Positions 58,571-64,000 of a stretch of DNA of 64,000 bases are shown here, one piece after another. Each line of letters opens with the position of its first letter. Positions within the stretch are counted from its first letter, which is position 1. A model generated the notes under the pieces. It had not been told where the DNA came from and searched no databases. It worked only from the letters and a program-made list of their open reading frames with translations. The DNA is from Raja brachyura (lineage: Eukaryota), in the NCBI GenBank assembly GCA_963514005.1, contig OY740796.1:14198001-14262000 (forward strand), written 5' to 3'. A program made the position numbers and the translations under genes.

Positions 58571-60570
58571 TGATGAAGGAATTCCCATTCAAAGCAGTAA
58601 TTCTGTTCTTCTATCAGCAATGCTACTTGACCTGCTGAATGTCTTATTTTCTGATTTTACACCAGACTTCCAGAAATGCAGGTTTCTGATTTTCAGAACT
58701 TTTAGGTTAAAAGCTCTTTTGCTTGAAGAACACAAACGTAATAAATGATGTGGTACTGTGCAGGGCAGCTAGAGCGACACCATTTCTCTTGATGAAGTCC
58801 GAAAGATAATTGTCCACTTTCTATGTAAGATTACAAACTTATTTTGAATTCCTTACAAATATGTTTATCCCTAGAATGAAGAAGTGGCTGAGTAAACTAA
58901 TCTGAATTGTTTACTGATTACCTGCCCTTTGGTAAAGCATGGTTAAGATGTTCTTACCTATGAGGGATTACTTCCTTGCATTACTACATCAAATGTTTGT
59001 ATTCACAATGGTGATTTGCCTTGGGCAAGATGAATCTGCTGGATATTGCATATATTCAGTTATGTTGCACCTTTACTGCACTGTATTATTGCATAATTTA
59101 TATAGGATGATATTACTTAAAATTGAGTATGACATACTCCTCCAACTAGTAATGTAGTAAATGTGTAAAATACTAATGGTTCTGTAAAACTCAAATTATT
59201 TCCTCATATTCTTGTAATTCGATACCAGCTCAGTTAGGCAACTTGGTTGGTATGTACAATTTGGGATGACTGAGCTCTTTCTGTGCCCCATAGCGCAGAT
59301 CAGGAATCATGATGAAAAATGCCACTTCAAAATATGTATTAAGACTATGATATAGCACATAATGCTCTATATAGAAGAGATAGCAATTCAAATATGTTGG
59401 AAATGCGCTGATGGGTGTGGCCTCTTTGTAAAGTTTGGCCGTATCAACTTTATGAGATCCTTGGAATTAGGAGGACTTACAAGACTTTATAAGGACTTTC
59501 AAAAGTTTGTTCTGAGGTATAAATTCTTGCAAGGTTTATTTGAAACCTGTGTACAATGCAGCTTTTTAACATCTCAGCCATCACCTCTTTTTTATATATA
59601 TGTGTGTTTGTGTAAAATTCTTTAGATCAGGGCCTTTGGGTAGTCTAATTATAAATGCCTACTTTAAGATTATCCCATGTCTTTCCACACTTATTTTCCC
59701 AGCTCCCTCCATCCTTTCAACTCCAATAAAATCAGTTCCAAGGGCACTGTTGTTATATTATCTCTAGTCCACATATCAAATGGGAAACATTTAATTATTT
59801 GATCATTTATAATGTGCTCGACTCTTAAGTTCATCAATATTACCTGCATTGAAAAATTGTAGGGAGTGCCTTTAAATGTCTGGAATTCAGTGTTCAGTAT
59901 ACCCTTGAGGGATTGAGTGTCTCTCAATTTTAGTGTTAAAGTATTGGTGTGGATAGATCAATTTACAAACTGCAAATGCCAACATGGACAACACAGTGTG
60001 CTTTCAGCTTGGGTGCGCTGGCGTAGAAAGACCACAGTGTGTCTTCTTGGGATTGCCTGTCTGGACAGATATTGCTGTTAATTATTTGTAGTGGGCAGAC
60101 GCTAGAGCTTTCACTGTTTGGCGAGTTTGTTGTACATCAATATTAACACAACTCGACTTATTGATGTCCAAAATGTACTATTTTTCAGATAGCTGAACCA
60201 GAATGACTCTGCAATGGATGGGCATGCTGGGTGTTAAGGGTTGCAATGTTTTCTTTTTAATCAGCTGTGAGCATATTTTGTTTCCGTTGCCGCTATGATA
60301 ATTTGGTATTGGTGTAGTGATTTATAAAAGCATAACGATAGAAAGTAACAACAAAAAAGAAATAGAAAGAGCACTAAGAATTATAGTATTAATCCAACGC
60401 GTACAATAGTTCTATCAAAACTAGTGACCCAGAAAAGCCACTCACCCTTCAGGAAATGAGCAATACGTTTGCATATCTTGAGCCATGAAAGAAAGTTGTT
60501 GAGGATAAGATTTTGATCCTGTAAGTGGATTGTTTATTGTTTTGTTTTCTTTGACGCTCATTGTTCACAG

Positions 60571-60822
60571 TCACGAGAGCAGCGGAAGATGGAAGCCATC
60601 ATGCAGGTTTTTGAGAACTTAGAGAAGAGAAAGAAAAGGCGTGAACAAGTGGTTGAGCGCAGTACTAGTCACCCAGGCGTCGATGGCGATCCGGAGACTC
60701 CGACCACAGATGTGGAGGAGGTGAAACTGGAACCTGCAGCAGAAGAGCCACTGCCCAGTGAGGCAAGAACACCACAGCCTGTGCTTGCTGGGGTAAGCAC
60801 ACGGCGAACTTCACAGCTAGGG
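60571..60822 (+). CDS. SETD5: SETD5 exon (SREQRKMEAIMQVFENLEKRKKRRE...GVSTRRTSQLG); gene continues beyond the window
   Basis: ttcacag| acceptor, GGG|gtaagc donor, 252 nt. RKxEAIMxxFENLEKRKKRR is a family motif. Confidence 0.93.
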
Positions 60823-63800
60823 GTAAGCAGAGCATTTAATTGGCAAATGGGCCGGTGCAGCATGATAACACATATTGGTGTCAGTGGCATAATTTGAGTA
60901 GTGAAGGTTTGGATTTTCCTGGTATTAATTGTCTTATAGTCCTCTGTGCTTTATTGGGCTTGGATACTTTGCTGAGCAGCCCAACTTTTGTTCTGTAGTT
61001 TGTTGTTTGGGGTATAAACAGTTAAAAACCAAGATGGCATTGTGAGATGATCAGAAGACCTTGTACCTCATGTCTTAACAAAATGTAAGACTAATTCCAT
61101 CAATCGGTCTAACACTAAGAGGGAACGAAACTCACTGTCAGGCTCTTGTGATTGGACATATTTTTGGTTCCATTGTTTGCTGGACTACCATAAAGGTAGT
61201 GTGATTTGTGGGCAAAAGTTAAGCGTGAGGTTATTAAGCCCTGATGTATTATATGTACTACTTATATGACTGGAAATGGCTGAGAAGGTGTTCCATTTTC
61301 CCAGTTGAGAAATATCATCTCACACCCTCGACTGAAGTAGCATTGGGTTGAAAAGCATCCCAGTGTCAGTACACTTTACACCTTGTGATCGGTGGATGTA
61401 TGTTTGAAAAATGCTGGTGAATCCAGAGGGCATGGTTATCTTTTGTATAAAACAAATGCACAAAATTAGGAAAGACAATACAGAACATATTGGATATTTT
61501 TTCATATCTAGGGACATCCTTTTCCTCATGCTTATGGTTCAGTTTTATCATTTTTCATAATAAGTGATGTGTCTGCCTGCACTTAACAAAAATATTCACA
61601 ATGGTAAATCTGGTGCACCAATAACTTGGGCATTCTGAAGCATCAAAATATGTAACTAACTTGTGATAAATCCATGGGAAACAAATCTGCTAGCACATCG
61701 TTTACCAACTCTCAAATCTATTGAAAGAAAATAGAAAATGCTGGTAATACTTCTCAACCTGAAATGTTAAGTATGTTTTTTTTTCTCCACACGTGTATTC
61801 TGATCTGTTGAGTATTTCCAGGGTTTATTGTTTTTATTTCAGTTTTCTAACATGCCGTTATCTTTTTTCCTTTCCATACAAATAAATATATGGGGTATTA
61901 CTAAATGTATCTATTAAATATGTAACTTCTATATAGAATATTAAGATTTATACCACAAATAATTTCAAAGTAGTAAAAGGTTTGTACACTGCCTAACCAA
62001 GTATCTTTGTGTCTTAATCGTATTTAACACGATCTGGCATCCCTCGGATTTCAACCAAAAGTGAGAATAAACTAACCGACAGAAAAAACAGCTTACAGTT
62101 TGTAATTGTTTAACAGGTGACATTAACACATTCCATCCAACATAATGTCATGTACAAACTAGGCATAACATTGATAAAACTTTTATCTAACTGTTGAATC
62201 ACATACACTTCTATTTTTTGACAACAATTGTATTTTTATTAGCATTTAATCAGTACAATAATACTGTGATATTTAAATGGCAACTTTTTTTAAATCTCCC
62301 TTCCACCCACTTTAGCTCCCCCTGCAGGCTTCAAAATCCTTATTTTTGTTTAATTTCTCTCACTAGTCTGAATTTGCAAATGTACATGCAATTAGGAAGC
62401 TGAGTTGTCACTTGGCAGTCATAGGATTAGAGAATTACAGTAAGATGGCAGCCATTAGCAATTCAACAGTGTGATGGTGCATCACAGTTGTTAGTCCCAA
62501 GGAACAATTATTCTCCCTCAAAGGAAAATATCGAACCGGTGCATTTTATTTGTGTATAAGAAAACCTCTTATTTTCAAGCCTCAAAGAAGCATAAATTGC
62601 AAGTGAATGCATTGCAAAACTTGGCTATGTAAAATCACATCTTGCCATCTTACAATTTCTTGCGGACATTTTCTTGTGATCTTCAAGAGCATGCTCCGTG
62701 ATTTTTCAGTGGAAGGAAAGTAAGATTGGTTGAGTGCTGGCAAAGGATAGTAATATATACATCTGCTGGTAGACGGTTGCAGAATGGGATGTGTTACATC
62801 CCCTTTTCATTGGATTATATTTGATCTTTTGGAGAAGCAAAAACTTCACCGAATATTTTCCATAAGAACTTGCTAGAACAACTAAAGTTAATTTTGAAAT
62901 GAGCTAACTAGATAGTGCGTGAGGAAAAGAAAAAAAAATCTATGCTTTCTTAAAGCATAGGAGAAGTAATCATAAGGAGCCATGTGAATGTGATTTTGTT
63001 TCAATCTGCAAAACAAACCACTGTTGAAGTGATTGTCAATGGCAATTTTCAAATAATAACGTTCAGAATGTAATCTCTCTTCATGAATTATAGACCCTTA
63101 AATAGAACGCTTATGCAATATTGACTAACAAGCATTGGTTGTTGCTTCTTCGTGTTCCTAAAGAAAATATTAAGGGAACTCTGGTGGTACACAAAAGAAC
63201 CTCAAAGAAATATGCTTAATTTGCAATACTGGCATAAACCAGAAAGGATAATTGGAGAGCATGGGTGAGACATGAATCATGCCATTTAGAATCAAATGAC
63301 TGAGAATTTTAACTGAGGGTGTTCTCATCAGGTTTTATAGGCATGCTTGTGTATATAATGCCAACTGACTGGTTCAGTTGAACACTTTGAGATTATCTGG
63401 CAAACGGGTCAACGGGAACGGACTGATCTTAAATTTGTATTTGTGTACCAATGAAGACCAGAAATGTAGGAAGACATTCTTGACAGTTTGTCTCCAGTTC
63501 AGTATTTTTATACACTAAATATAATTGGGGAGAATTAACTTGATTTTTACAAAGGGATGATCAAAGGATCAATCCCAGTGGTCCATTTGTTACTTAACCG
63601 TTAAAAGAGGTTTAAAATAATTGAAGATTGTATCCTCAAATTCTTCCGAACGAGAGATGTTCAGAAGTAACCGATCGTGTCCATCTCTTATTATCTGATC
63701 ACAGATATTTCTTCCCATTATGTATCTGTTGCCTTTTGAACATGATAGTACTTTAAATTAATAGGATTTGTGCATGCATGCAGGCGAGGTTAAGATATGC

Positions 63801-64000
63801 ATATATCTTTCTTAATCAAATTTAACTCTGCGGTGCGGAAATCTGAATTCCAGAAGTTACTATTTTCTGGTGGACGTACAGGACACTATCTTTCAGCAGT
63901 ATAGCAAAGTGCATTGAAACTTCTGGGACAAAAACTTAATTTCCCCAATCTTTATGTGTTTCTGACTTGATGCACTGAAGTAAGAAATCGGGTAACTTTA

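Noticed and set aside
11781-60822. Identification as KMT2E/MLL5
   Set aside because: No complete PHD finger, and the peptides [25 protein letters not shown] and [11 protein letters not shown] match SETD5.
60823-64000. Next SETD5 exon
   Set aside because: No reading frame resembling the expected downstream peptide with valid splice sites was found, so it is probably beyond the window.
1-64000. CRISPR array, rRNA or tRNA genes
   Set aside because: No regularly spaced repeat-spacer array or rRNA-like sequence. tRNA-like boxes occur only in SINE heads and the LTR primer site.

Overview
Vertebrate genomic DNA. The repeat content (HE1-like V-SINEs, CR1/HER1-type LINEs, Penelope-like elements) suggests a cartilaginous fish such as a skate or ray; this is inference. 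The whole window lies inside one + strand gene, SETD5 (SETD5/KMT2E/Set3 family). I can trace a probable 5'UTR exon (6729-6784) and 13 GT-AG coding exons (11781-60822). Their phases join into one open frame of 1893 nt (631 codons) covering a half-PHD, the SET domain and the post-SET region, and the gene continues past the window end. The introns are packed with transposable elements. Most notable observations: (1) a 137-nt insertion with a 13-bp target-site duplication (TSD) whose 5' end is a minimal HDV-like ribozyme fold (56769-56822, minus strand); (2) about 15 hammerhead-core motifs in Penelope-derived short elements, several with 11-15 bp TSDs; (3) a spliced 39-codon uORF whose stop overlaps the SETD5 start codon (ATGA); (4) splice-site architecture that could toggle the HCF-1-binding motif or create NMD targets; (5) a perfect 26-bp hairpin inside a hAT element; (6) a non-autonomous LTR element with a tRNA-Trp primer-binding site. 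All calls were made by eye, with no database searches.
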